NCBI GenBank assembly: GCA_051294375.1
Contig: CM119266.1
Location: 5,188,564-5,252,563, forward strand
Source of the DNA: Paraspadella gotoi
Taxonomy: Eukaryota > Animalia > Chaetognatha
DNA length: 64,000 nt
Direction: 5' to 3'
Shown: positions 12,701-24,955 of the stretch, in pieces
Layout: the number at the start of each line of letters is the position of its first letter
How positions within the stretch are numbered: position 1 is the first letter of the stretch
The notes under the pieces: generated by a model
Told to the model about the DNA's origin: nothing
The model's input: only the letters and a program-made list of their open reading frames with translations
Databases searched by the model: none
Translations under genes and position numbers: made by a program

Positions 12701-13486
12701 TGAGTATTGTGACTCATGGCCGTTCGGCCCGTCCAATGAAATAACCGATTAAGTCGAATCTTAAGCAATATTGTGTTACTATTGATCCTGTGATAAGATA
12801 ATGCTTAATGTTTAATATTTTGTTTATTATTGATTATTTCAGTCTCACCTGATTGCCCTCTAAACAACAGTCCTCGACCTCTGACCTCTCCAACAGCAAA
12901 ACGTCCGCCACCATGAGAATGATCCACTCGTGACAAGGACCCAGCGAAGCTCTCTTCGCCTCTCTCTCTTCCTTCAGTTTCATCTGGGATAATAAAATTA
13001 ATAATAAAATTAAAAACATCGTTTATTAATATCTAACTTTAGAGAAAAGTTTGAAATGAATTTAACAACGATTTATTTGAAACAACATTTGACATGTTTC
13101 GGCTCTTGTTCAAGCCTTCATCAGTGTTTGAACAAGAGCCGAATCATGTCCGTTATTATTGTTTCAAATAAATCGTTGTTGAATTCTTTTCAAACTTTTC
13201 TCTAAATCTCAACCACAACGAAACGAAAGGATTATAATGTCAAATATCTAACTAAATTTAAACTATACACAATATACTCTAAATTAATCCTCTCCCGCTA
13301 CCCTCAATAATTATCAATTAATCATCACTTTACTCATAAAACATTGTTCACCTGTTTTTCTTTGATATTTTCTCCGGGGGCCAGCGCCGCCAAGCGGGAC
13401 TTTTTGGCGTCTCCCCCCACCGCCTGACCTCGTCCGCCGGCGGGTTTCTTTTCTTTGGCGCCTCCATCGCCTGCCGCTTCTGCCAT
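1..13486 (-). CDS. DNAH5: Axonemal outer-arm dynein heavy chain (DNAH5/DNAH8 family), N-terminal tail region; gene continues beyond the left edge of the window
   Basis: Phase-consistent GT-AG exons (minus): 13486-13352, 12983-12849, 12657-12570, 11603-11342, 11172-11087, 10846-10682, 3762-3586, 3074-2936, 2713-2653, 2492-2348, 2031-1845, 1463-1314, 1175-1123, 912-709, 321-280, 141-<1. Peptides [99 protein letters not shown] and [25 protein letters not shown] are recognisable DHC_N1 sequence of the DNAH5/8 group. One +1 frameshift near 11470. DNAH5 versus DNAH8 cannot be separated in an invertebrate. Confidence 0.93.
4522..4995 (+). CDS. Nested small gene A, 91 aa, basic member of the GYNS-rich beta-hairpin-repeat family
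   Basis: Exons 4522-4703, 4828-4881, 4956-4995 (GT-AG, both introns phase 2). Protein [97 protein letters not shown] at 5041. Aligns with genes B-D and shares their intron positions. Confidence 0.82.
5536..5969 (+). CDS. Nested small gene B, 94 aa, GYNS-rich repeat family
   Basis: Exons 5536-5723, 5792-5839, 5921-5969. Protein [94 protein letters not shown]. Intron 1 splits the Trp codon (TG|G) as in C and D. Confidence 0.85.
8378..8891 (+). CDS. Nested small gene C, 87 aa, GYNS-rich repeat family
   Basis: Exons 8378-8541, 8651-8704, 8846-8891. Protein [87 protein letters not shown]. Absent from the ORF track because each exon is short. Confidence 0.87.
9268..10090 (+). CDS. Nested small gene D, 145 aa, two tandem copies of the GYNS-rich domain
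   Basis: Exons 9268-9431, 9558-9611, 9699-9872, 10045-10090; possible 3'UTR intron 10104-10170. Domain 1 [70 protein letters not shown]; domain 2 [66 protein letters not shown]. Confidence 0.87.
13040..13206 (-). mobile_element. Penelope-like element remnant: hammerhead-bearing pLTR fragment with inverted partial copy (long hairpin)
   Basis: Near-perfect inverted repeat (TTAGAGAAAAGTTTGAAA...AACAACGATTTATTTGAAACAA / TTGTTTCAAATAAATCGTTGTT...TTTCAAACTTTTCTCTAA). Minus strand 13126-13091 reads CA-CTGATGA-AGGCTTGAACAAGAGCC-GAAAC-AT-GTC, the minimal hammerhead motif typical of PLE pLTRs. Confidence 0.7.
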
Positions 13487-14436
13487 CTTCTGGATAATTA
13501 TTAATTTATTTTTAAGTATTTTTTATGCTTATTAGTTTTATAGTCATGGCGCGTAACTTTAACATTCGATCGGAGAGGCTCGGAAATGTTATCAATAGGG
13601 AAGTAACGTTAGTGGATAGATTTAAATAATAAAAAAATGAGTATATATATAGAGACTTTTAGTCCTTTTACTGAGTAATATTATGAACAAAACAGGCTGG
13701 ACAGTCAAATTGGGATCAAGTCTATTTTCAAAGAATATCTTTTAGCTAAAGGTATCATTTTTCAAGGTAGGCGTTGTTTTACTTCGTAAGAAAAATTGAT
13801 TTTAAAAAAAATTTGTGAAGGAAAGATTTGTTGCAAGATCACGTTTGTATCCGGGTAGGATTTGTAAGAGGGTAAGATTTATGTCAAGGTAAGATTTATC
13901 TCGATTTAGTCGATCGATCTTCTTGAGATTCACGCAAAAAACCCCCAGCGTAGAATCGGGGATTTTAGGTTAAAAAAAAGTGAATTTTATTAACTTTTTT
14001 CGTGAGAAAATTTCGGTTTTTTTAAAAAAGTTTGTAGATTAAATCTTTCGACCTTCATTCTCACCTTTTTTTAAGTTGTATTTATTTGTCCGTTAAATAT
14101 TTCGCTATTTTTTTTAATAAATTTTAAATTTTAAATCTCGACGATGTATTTTCTTTTTCCCTTTTATTAATATTGATCATTTGTTAATCGGCGATTCTTA
14201 GTGATCTGTGATTTTTTATACAGCAAAGGCAATTAATAATCCGTGCGCAAATTATATTTGTATTTTTTTGAGGGTTTTTTTTTGTGATGGTGACTGATAC
14301 GTTATCACAGTGACGAAGTGATACAATTTTTGTTTCGAGAATATTCTTTCCGCTTTTATTTTCCCATTTCGCGTTTATAGCGAAATTTTTATTTATTTAT
14401 TTTTAAGACGAAGCGATTCTCAGTCGCCGTTGAAAC

Positions 14437-14449
14437 GGCGGCCATTTTG
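14437..14449 (-). promoter_or_regulatory. YY1-like motif near the presumed dynein TSS
   Basis: Minus strand CAAAATGGCCGCC, about 55 bp downstream (dynein sense) of the X-box, inside a CpG-rich patch (14400-14580). Confidence 0.45.
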
Positions 14450-14504
14450 AATCTGCGCCTTCGTTGGGTTTTTCGTCGAAATCGCGACACGAAAAGTGGA
14501 AGCT

Positions 14505-14518
14505 GTCGTCATGGTAAC
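14505..14518. promoter_or_regulatory. RFX X-box (ciliary gene promoter element)
   Basis: GTCGTCATGGTAAC fits the X-box consensus GTHNYY-AT-RRNAAC at every position. It lies about 1 kb upstream of the dynein ATG, which is preceded by a splice acceptor (ccag|AAG ATG), implying a 5'UTR exon near here. Confidence 0.75.
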
Positions 14519-14624
14519 GGTTCTATGGTGTCTGGCAGACGTGGGCGGACCCGGGGACGAGTCGGCTGGATATGGTGGTAACTCTGATTATTTACTAAAT
14601 TTCTTCAATTTCTGGGGGTTCATT

Positions 14625-14821
14625 TTTATTCTATTTGTAATATCAATAATGACCTTTTATTGTCATTTTATTGTCATTTATTCTATTTGTAATATAATAA
14701 TGACCTTTTATTGTCATTTTATTGTCATTTGATTCTATTTGTAATATCAATATGACCTTTTATTGTCATTTTATTGTCATTTTATTCTATTTGTAATATC
14801 AATAATGACCTTTTATTGTCT
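14625..14821. repeat. ~52-bp AT-rich minisatellite, about 4 copies
   Basis: Repeated TTATTCTATTTGTAATATCAATAATGACCTTTTATTGTCATTTTATTGTCAT just upstream of the X-box. Confidence 0.85.
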
Positions 14822-14919
14822 TCTCAATTCTTAAGATGTTTCGTGTTTTTCTTACGACTTGGATCGCCATTTATGATTTTTGAGATTTAGAACCGATGTT
14901 GCCTGACACGCGAAAGAGA

Positions 14920-15027
<108 letters not shown>

Positions 15028-15232
15028 TGATTCAGGCCAATTAATTTTTTTGAAAAGGACCCGAGTTTCGCGGTCATCGATTGCAGAATGTGGATTGCCT
15101 GACCTGGCTCGAAACTTTTGCTAACTCAATCGAGGAAATTTATCCCAATTACTCACTGCATGTTTGCTGTTCATAGTTAGACATTGTAGTGCAACGTAAA
15201 TCAAATTATTGAGGTCAAAAAAAATTTGACAC

Positions 15233-15456
15233 TGTGAAGAGACAGTAATTATTATTATATGTTAGTGACAGAACCGTTCAATATAAGCAGTCCCTGAGCT
15301 GTCACACCGTGTTACAGGCGGTTTAAGCGCCCCGTCCCTCTTAACTGCCAGGCGACCACCGGGCTAGAACCCGGGACCTTTGGGTTGGGAGGCGAATGAC
15401 TTGCCTCCGTCTCCAATGTCCGCTGATGAACGGTTTGTGGATTTTCGTCCACCATA
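15233..15456 (-). mobile_element. tRNA-derived SINE, family 1, copy a
   Basis: Reverse complement matches 42617-42850 (GAGGCAAGTCATTCGCCTCCCAACCCAAAGGTCC..GGGTTCT.GCCCGGTGGTCGC...GTTAAGAGGGACGGGGCGCTTAAAC...GTCACTAACA.ATAA.AATAATTACTGTCTCTTCAC); B-box-like GGTTCTAGCCC. Confidence 0.7.
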
Positions 15457-16948
15457 ACTGGCGATTATTCGATTATTCCCTCTTTCGAATTTTAGGGAAA
15501 GGAGTTACTAATTTCGTCTCTAGAAAATGAAATGGGCTTATGGAACTATTCGCCATTTTAAAGGTTACCAACCATTCGTTGGTGTATTTTTGTAATTTAA
15601 CTATGTACATCGCGTAGTTCCCTTTCATTTTATTCCTACCTTTCTACACTTGCGTATTTATACTAATTGCTAGTTTTCACCCAAAAGCTTTTGTTCTCAA
15701 ATAAAAATCATTCTACATTTTATTAAGCCGAAATTATGAACATAATCTATCTCGTCTCGCGCGCTTACAACCCAACGCAGCCTTTTTACGCTGCTGCTTC
15801 AAAAATCTGGTGCAGCTGATGATGCTGCAGCTGCCGCGGCGTCGTAGCTGCCACGGCGTTTAACGCTGCGTCATTGATCGCATACATGTTCTACGTCATG
15901 TCATTTTTTTAAAGGCGACTGACATTTGTAAGAAATTAATTAGTAGTAAGTTTTTAAAGTTCCTAATTTAAAAAGAAAAAGAAAAATTGTCTAAAAATAC
16001 ATCATCTCGAGCCTAATTAACTAATGAAGCTCCAACTAAAATGATTGCAACATTCCGGCAGCGATCATGGTCCGATGATTCTAAATTCTTATAAATGTTT
16101 AAATCCAAAAGAAAATGTATCAATTTGGACCTGGATTCTCAAAATTAAGCCTTTAATGTAATAAACTCATAACTCTCAATCCTAAGTGTCTAAAAACTAC
16201 ATTGACTTTTGAAAAGAAAAAAAAAGTAATACAAATTCTTCTCCCACAACACGTACGCCCTTTCGGGTTCACAACCACATTCATCCTTTAAAAAAGAAGA
16301 AGCCGGTTCAGACCGAGGCGCTCATTGCAGAACAAAAAAAAAAAAAAGAACAGCGATTACAAAATATTGCTCCGCTAAGATAATAGAATTAAATATTTTA
16401 TTATATTTATTTTTTTAATTTTATATACAATTTATATATATTATGAAATTGGTACAACCATATAATATATATAATATATATATATATATATAATATATAT
16501 TAAATTAAAAATTAAAAAAAACATTAATTATCATATATATAATAATATATAAATTATATATTATAAGTTATAGAAAACCCTCATTAATATAATTATGTAA
16601 ATAATTATTGAATATTTGCACAAAGAGCATTATTTAAAATATAACTTATCTGCTTAGTAAATAATAAAATGGCTTAAAATTATGTTTTAGCAAAAATACC
16701 GATTTAATGACACAAACGAAAAAACAGATAGACAGACCAATCAATAGACCGAGAAGTGACCTCAAGAGTCGCTCGGCTCAACTCGCGTCTCAATTAAAAA
16801 ACAAAAGATTCCACCGTCACACGAAAACGATGCCGTCGAAAAGTCGTCGACAAAACTGAATTTAAAAAAAATCGAAACTTAACAAAAAAAAAAGAAAATG
16901 TTGGATCAAGAAGGATCGCGTGCAAAAGGCATCGTTCCTCTCTTTCAA

Positions 16949-17040
<92 letters not shown>

Positions 17041-17221
17041 GATCCTCGATATCCGATAGATTCGTCACGGTTTAATAATTTTTTTAGTAATTATTTCCAG
17101 CATCAACTTCCTTCTTTTATTATTTCTCATTAATTTTTTTTTCAACTTCTTTGGGAGCTATTTATAATATTTTTTTAGAGTGAGATTTTTCGAGTTTTTA
17201 AAATATTTGAACCTCTTGCTT

Positions 17222-17292
<71 letters not shown>

Positions 17293-17458
17293 CTCTCTCT
17301 CTATCTTATCACTTTTTGCGTTGCTATGACATTCGCCCTCCACTCCCTCTCTCTCTTTCATTTCGTCAACTTCACCTGAATAATGAGATCAAAGTTTTTG
17401 ACTGATAATCGCTTCACTCTGGACGATTCCTGCTGGATTCCGCTTCTAGAATCCGGCT

Positions 17459-17495
<37 letters not shown>

Positions 17496-17509
17496 TCATC
17501 TCTCTCTCT

Positions 17510-17542
<33 letters not shown>

Positions 17543-17890
17543 CCTCTCTTTCATTTGCTCTCGTCATTGGATATTAATTTTATTGCGATCGTATAATATA
17601 ACTTTTTTTTTTTGCCTCCAAAGATTTTCGAACAAAGACCAATCAACCAATCAATTAAATTGAGTCAATCAATATAATTGGAATTAACCCATTTTTAGCT
17701 GACTGAGAAACTAATCAAATCAAAATTTAACATTAAAACCGCAAAATAAAAAAAAATAAAATATTGGAAAAGGTGAGCTTTAATGAAATGTCTCAAATCT
17801 CAAAGACGGTATGAAAAAAAAAATAAAAGATAAAATTTATCAAATTAGGATCAAAACGAACATTTTTTCCCACATCCCATCGCAAGGAAA

Positions 17891-20339
17891 ATGTCTTGGA
17901 TAAATGTATCGATCCTTTTGCTTTTTCTCGGATTCAACTTCGTCTCTTCAACGGCGACCATCGCGTCGACGGGTAAAGAGTTTTCGGCTCCATTTTTCGA
18001 AACCACCCCATTTCATCTTAAATTCGAATTTTTTTAGGTTTAAAGATTAGTTTAAAGATAGAGTTATGGATTAGTTTAAGGATTAAGGTTATAGATTATG
18101 TAAAAAACGTTTATTATTTTTTATGCCACGAGAGTCGTCCATACAGCCGATCTTTTCCAGGGAAACGATTATGATTGAATAACAAGTGACGAGGTTTTTG
18201 GCTAAAAGAAAGTTACAAGAAAGCGACTAGAACGGTGAAAAGACTGGTCTGAAAAGGTCAACTAAATGACCAGGGAAAAATGACCGGTCGCGAGGTCACA
18301 AAATCTTTCAGATTAGGTTACTGATTAAGGGCTAGAGATCATTGAATAAAGATCAGGGTTTGCGGTAAAGGTCTAATATTAAGGTTTAGGTTTAGGGTTA
18401 AAGATTAGTTAAGGGCTAAGGATTAGGGTTTTAGATTAGGGTTAAAGATTAGGTAAGGGCTAAGGATTAGGGTTAAAGATTAGGTAAGGGCTAAGGATTA
18501 GGGTTTTAGATTAGGGTTAAAGATTAGGTAAGGGCTAAGGATTAGGGTTAAAGACTAGGGTTAAAGATTATTCTCAGAATAAAAGTTCATCTTGATTTCG
18601 TCCTTAGAAATCTTTGAATTTTACAGATTAGTATTAAATATTAAGATTAAAAATAATTTTAGGGATAGAGGAGCAGAACTGGTGCGCTTTGGAAAATAGA
18701 GCCTAGTTTCCTCTTTTTTTTAAAGATTTAATAATCTTTTCTCATAATTTTCACTCTTTATTTTTGATTCAGGTCAAGCCACTCCAACTGCAGTTATTGA
18801 GGTTTCTCTCACTTCCTCTCGTGCTTCTCTTCAACTTCCTTCATTAACCGCATTTTCAAGCGGAAACTCTGAAATAATTGCTGCCCCATCTTCTGTGATT
18901 CCCACTGGTACAGCAGATGGGACATTATCTATAGTTCCTGGCATAACAGCGGAAGTGTCCCAAACTGTTGCTGCAACATCATCCATAGTTCCTGTTGTAA
19001 CAGCAGAATTATCCAAAACTGTTGCTGCAACATCATCCATAGTTCCTAGTGTAACAGAAGAATTATCCGAAACTGTTGCTGCAACATTATCTATAGTTCA
19101 AAGTGCAACAGGGAAATTATCCAAAACTGTAGCTGCAACATCATCTATAGTTCCGAGTGCAACTGCGGAATTATCCGAAACTGTTGCTGCAACATCATCC
19201 ATAGTTCCTAGCGCAACCATGGATCTAACTGCAACCCCATCGTCTGTTATTCCTAGCGCAACGATTGAAGTATCTGTTATACCCAGTACAACAGCCGATA
19301 ATTCGGCCACACCATCCCTTGTCAATCCCAGCCAAAGTGTGGAGTTGTCCATCACTCCATCCTCGGCCACGCCCACTCCATCATTAGATGTCTCCGCAGC
19401 AACATCATCTGTATTTCCATCTGCATCCATAGTCGACCCTATATTTCCATCTTCTTCCTCTCTGGAGGCATCTGTCTCACCCACAATCAGCTCGTCCTTC
19501 GTCTCCCCCGCATCCCCGACGTTGTCGGCTTCGTTGTCGGCATCTTTGTCGGCGACGCCGCTTTTGTCCACTTCGATCGACGCCGGTTTCACTTCGACGC
19601 CGGTTTCGACTTTGCCGTCGATGTCCTTGGCGCCGTCGTCGTCGTCGTCGTTGGCGCCTTCGTCGAGTTCGGTCGTCGTCACGCCCTCTTCGTCGCCGGG
19701 TGAGAGACAAAAGACAGTGTCACAGTAACAGTGTAAAGAGACTAAAAAACTAAGCATCCTCACACACTCCATGATTTTTCTCAGAACCCTCTCCATGCGA
19801 CGCCAATCCATGTCAACATAGCGGCACCTGCCACGATTTAGATTCGGCGAATTTTACTTGCACCTGTCCGTCGAACTGGGAAGGAAACACCTGCGAAGAG
19901 GGTGAGTGTGAGAGTGAGTGTGAGGGTGAGTGTGAGGGTGAGAGTCCGCTAATGCCGAAATATTTACATAAATATTTTTTGGATAAATCATAATATGCAA
20001 ATGAGGTATATAGTAGGCAGGAACAGGTTGAAAAGTAGAAGTTCTCCCCGATCTAACACTTAAGGGATTGGTCTTTTCATACAATTGAAACATTCTTTGA
20101 AATATTATACCACTTCATTGATAGGGAAGCCAGGTGCTCTGGGAGTGAATAAACGGGACTGTGAGAGAGTCTTGATTGAAAGCTTGCAGGGACCTGCTAT
20201 GTCATTATCTTGTAAGAGTGATGGAGGCCTTAAACCACCAAAGCCTGTCCAAGGTCAGGGGCGGGATAGCTTATTTATTAAATGAATGGATAATTTTTAT
20301 ATTGGTTGTACCAATTTCATAAATAATGGTTAAGTCACT

Positions 20340-20381
<42 letters not shown>

Positions 20382-21874
20382 TTTTATAATTTTTCTTATT
20401 GATTAGCGCACGGAAGCATTTAAAGATTATTTTATTACTATACAAAGTTTAAATTTTTTAAAAAATTTTTCATTTTTTTTAATAGATTCTGGTAGAGCTT
20501 TAAAAATTAGATAAAGGTTATTTTTTTAAATTTTTTTGTTTTATTGATAAAAATTTTAAAAAACCATAAAATTCAGCCAATGATGATGATGATGATGATT
20601 TTCTAAGGTTTTTTTCTATTTTTAACCAATTTATTGTAAAAATTTGAAAAAATTGTCGTACTAACTTTTATTTATCTTTTCAAGCTCTATAGGAATCCGT
20701 TCTTAAAAAATTGTCATTTGTTATATATTTAAAAGCTTCAGTGCAACAACCCAATGAACTTATTCAAAAAGTTGCATTGAAAATTAATTTAGTGATAGAA
20801 GGAAAAAAAAGAAATGAACAGTCACTTGCTAATTACAGACGTTGACGAATGTCAAAACGAGGCATTGAACGGATGCTTCCCTAAGACATCCTGCGTGAAC
20901 AACAACGGAAGCTACGACTGCGTTTGTCCAGAGGGCGCGGAATTAAATAAAACAAGTGAGCGTAATAATTCCAACGTGATTTTGTTCATTGGGACGGAAG
21001 AATTAGTTAAACAATAATTAAACATTTAAACATTAAAGGGAAACAAACATGATGGAGTTTATTTTTTTTTTACCATATTTTTCACGTTATATGTTTTTTT
21101 AAAACAATCGGAACTACATTCTATAAATGTTAAATGTACATTATTATACATACTACATACTGATAGTATGTTAAATTTATCGCCTACTTTTCCTCCACCA
21201 GACATACGCCAGTGCGTCGACGTTAACGAATGCTCCTCCTCCTCCTCCTCCTCCTCCTCCCTCTGCTCCTTACGCAACCAAATCTGCCGCAACCTCGACG
21301 TCCTCCGTCCTCCCTTCGAGCCTTACGAATGCGGCTGCGCTCGCGGCTCCGTGCTCCGTCTGGGCACCGTGCCTTCGCGGTCGAGCGACTGCGATCCTTT
21401 CGAGGCCGTCGCGCCCGGAGTCTTCAGTCTGAAGGAAGAGTTCGTGCCCGAATTGAACGACCCCGAGTCGGTCCAATTCCGCCAAATGTCGGTCAAAGCG
21501 GGCAGTGTCGTAAAAGATCTTTTGAAGGCGAATTCGTTCGTCGGCTTGTCGGCCGCTTTCTCCAACGGAAGCGTCGTCGTTCGATTCAAGGTTCGTTTTG
21601 ATGCTGTTGCCGTTGCTACTGCTGCTGTCGTTGTTGTTATTGTTTTTGTTGTTGTCAGGGTCGTTCATTTGTTTCTAAAAATATATGATCTTTAATTTTT
21701 TATTGATCATAATCGTATGATTATTAATCGTCATCAGGATCATAATCGTCATCATCATTGTCGTCGTCATCGTCATCATTGTCATCATCATCATCGTCAT
21801 CGTTATCACCATCATAATCATCATGGTAATAATTGTCGACATGATCATCATAATTAATCGTCATCATCATCAAT

Positions 21875-21907
<33 letters not shown>

Positions 21908-24900
21908 GTCATCATCATCATCATCATCGTCATCATCATCTCCATCAGACTCCAATCCCACCCCAACTTTCCTTTAGGCATACTTCTCCGCTCCTTTCAA
22001 CGCCACCATACTCAACGAAACCATCGACGCCAATTTGGCCAAACTCTGCTCCGCCACGCCCACCGATTGCGTCGTCGCCGGAGCCAAAATCGACCCCAGC
22101 TCCGTCGAACTGAACGGCGACGCCGACGCCTGCGCAGAAATCGATTACTGCGAGGCTGCGTCGACCGAGTGCCGCGGCGTCGGCGGCGGAAGCTTACGCT
22201 GCATCTGCAGGGAAGGATTCGAGGCTTTTCCCCAAGAGACCCCGGATCGATTTAGATGCAGGGGTGAGTAGAGGGAGGGAGAGGGAGAGGGAGAGGGGAG
22301 GGAGAGGGTGGGGAGAGAGAGAGAGAGGGGGGAGGGAGAGAGAGAGAGAGTTTGTTTGTTTGTTTGATTAATGCATATTTTTGTTATTCATTCATTTATC
22401 GTTTATAAATTGAAATATATTGATTTCTTTCTTTATCCCAACGCAAGGTTAAAAAGTACTAGGTTTCTAGTTAGATATATATCAACCATCGTTTTTTTTA
22501 CAAATATTATAAGTTAATATTATTAATTTTAACGCTTCTCTTTTTAAATTCCTGACCAAACAAATACCATCTCATTTTTTCCAGACATCGACGATTGCGC
22601 CGTCAACCCCAAACTTTGCAACGAGTCGTCAAACTCTATTTGCATCAACGGTCCAGGCAAAGCCAGTTGCGAGTGCGATTTTGCCGGCAAATATCCGGAT
22701 TGCGAAGACTTTTGCGGCCGGTGCAAGAACGGGGCGAGTTGCGAGAAGGAATCTTTAAAGTGCAGGTGTGAATCTGTATTTAATTACCAATCATTAATAA
22801 ATAATCATTAATAAATAATCATTAATAAGTTGAGAAGAGGAAGAGAAGTTCAGGAAAAGAGGGTGAGCTAATCCTGTTAAATTTTAGAAACCAACATATA
22901 AGTTATTTAATATTATATAATGATAATTAATGGTTTTTCGATTAGTTGTGCCGCCGGCTACGAAGGCGGATATTGCGAAGCCAAGAAATCCTCGTCAACT
23001 GATTGGGAGACAACGGCCATTGCTCTTGGCGCGATCGCCGGAGTTTTGCTCTTTATCCTCATCCTCGTCGTCTTCTTCAAATTCATTCGGTTAGAGCATG
23101 AATTTAATTAATAATTAATAGTTGAATAGAAGAATTATTATTTATTCCATAATAAATAATATCGGGCGATGATTGATCAATCCATTGACGTGGAATCCCG
23201 CTTCTCTTTCTCGCGATTATCTTTTGTTTTTAATGCCGAATTCGAAAACCGCGCGCGCTCGCGCCCTCTCGCGGAAAAAAATTAATAAAACAAAAGGCCG
23301 CGACTTTTGAACCGACTGCGCAAGGGTCCGAGCGTCGCTTACGGGTTCTCACCCGGCTTGGATCTCGTCTACAGATTAGACAATGTAGATTCGTTTCCTT
23401 GTAGCGTAACCGGCCCGGCGGACTCGAATCAGAACGGGACGTTCAGGTATAAATTTATATAAAGTACCATGTCATATTTAACCCAGAGTCACGAACAGAA
23501 AGTGGAAAATGAGATTATCTTTGTCTCTCACAAAAACTCACTTGTCACAAAATTCATCAATTTTATAATTTCGATAAGATTTCGAATTTTACCGCACAAG
23601 TTTAAAATATGTCCAAATTGCACGTTTGACATGTTATTTAACAAGTACACAATTTTCGGTTTACTTCATTGACATAAAGAGTCTTTATAAAAAAAAATTA
23701 CGGCATGTAGTAGGTTAAAGAAGACATTTAAAGTAGCACTTGAACTATATTCTCTAAATTGTACTATATAACTGCTATTAATTTTCTCCAAACTGTTCAG
23801 TTATTAATGTTTATTAATATTTATTATTTTAATATTTATATATGTTAAACTTTTAAAATGTTAAAGCGCAATCAAATCTAACTAATTTTACGGAATTTTC
23901 CCGTCTTTTTACGCCACGAATTCTTTTTAAAAATTTTAGCAAAAGTAAAGAACCTGGAAGGTCATCGTCGAAAATCGGATCCTACGCTGGGACGCGAACC
24001 CGTGGCTCAGAGGATTCACTAGGTGGCGTCTACGTCGGGGACAAGAAAAGCGGAGATCATGAGGTGAGTGATCCTCTTTGGGGATTAGAGGATCAGTGGG
24101 AAATCAAAAATGGGGATCATGTCCCATAGGAGGAATGAAATTTGAAAAGATCCCGGAAGAGAAATGTATGTTCATGATTGCATAAAGCATATTGTATAAT
24201 CACTATAATGTATATTATTTTGGTGCATTTAAAAATGAACGGTGACCATCCAAAATGACAATTATATTTAAATGTCTGGAAAATAAATGTAATAAAAAAA
24301 TCTAATTAGAATGGTTTCATGATTTACTAATAATGAACTAAAATTCTGTCATAAGTTAAGAGTTAAAATTTCAAAGGCCTTTTTTCGTTGTAGAATCGAC
24401 GCCTGGATTCTGTACCAATTATCACGGAAGAAAGGCTCATTTAAATGGTAAACAAATATTTCAATTTAAATTTCGTTTAAAATGAGGTAATTTAATTAAA
24501 CTAAAATAGAACAATTTTTTTTTTACATTGGTCATTTGGTTGGTTCACAATTTTTTTTTCTTCCGAATCAGTAAAATTCAAGTTATAAATAAATAACTCT
24601 AAAATGTCAAGATAATTTCTCCCCTACTTTTCTTACTACTTCTCTCCTTCTACTCTTATCTTCAAACCACCTCTGCCCAATCCCACCCACTATCACCTTA
24701 CCCTCCCCTTACTCCCCCACCACCAACCCCCGTCAGTACATCGAGATGGACGACCCTCCCCCGTCCCGCGATTCCGAACGCGCCAGACTCACAGCGTTTC
24801 CAGGCAACGGACGCGCTCGCGATTCCCCGATTCCGCGGGCGCGTTACCCGACGCGGACTGATGGGCGTGACCCGAGAGACGCCGCTTACGAAAATCCCGT

Positions 24901-24955
24901 CGCGCCTCAAAGTCATTACGTGGATCCGGACGAGGGAGAGTCGACTTACCTTTGA
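17891..24955 (+). CDS. Transmembrane mucin-like protein with EGF and SEA domains (MUC13/HEG1-like architecture)
   Basis: Phase-consistent exons: 17891-17972 (signal peptide MSWINVSILLLFLGFNFVSST), 18773-19699 (Pro/Thr/Ser mucin region), 20839-20955 (cbEGF DVDEC...CVNNNGSYDCVCPEG), 21202-21590 (cbEGF DVNEC plus SEA with FSNGSVVVRF), 21978-22263 (SEA end plus EGF), 22585-22765 (cbEGF DIDDC plus EGF), 22946-23089 (EGF end plus TM AIALGAIAGVLLFILILVVFF), 23405-23446, 23940-24063, 24737-24955 (tail ending ESTYL*). The cytoplasmic exons are less certain. Confidence 0.85.
18378..18570 (+). repeat. Degenerate TTAGGG-like tandem repeat in mucin intron 1
   Basis: Repeats of TTAGGGTTAAAGATTAGGTAAGGGCTAAGGA. 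Confidence 0.75.
18931..19218 (+). repeat. 54-bp (18-aa) coding tandem repeat in the mucin PTS exon
   Basis: IVPGITAEVSQTVAATSS / IVPVVTAELSKTVAATSS / IVPSVTEELSETVAATLS / IVQSATGKLSKTVAATSS / IVPSATAELSETVAATSS. Confidence 0.85.
21725..21945. repeat. (TCA)n microsatellite in mucin intron
   Basis: Long imperfect ATC/TCA run; source of the spurious poly-His, poly-Met and poly-Asp ORFs. Confidence 0.9.

Noticed and set aside
19098-19811. 237-aa minus-strand ORF
   Set aside because: Antisense shadow of the S/T-rich mucin exon.
21724-22113. Poly-His and poly-Met/Asp ORFs
   Set aside because: (TCA)n microsatellite within an intron.
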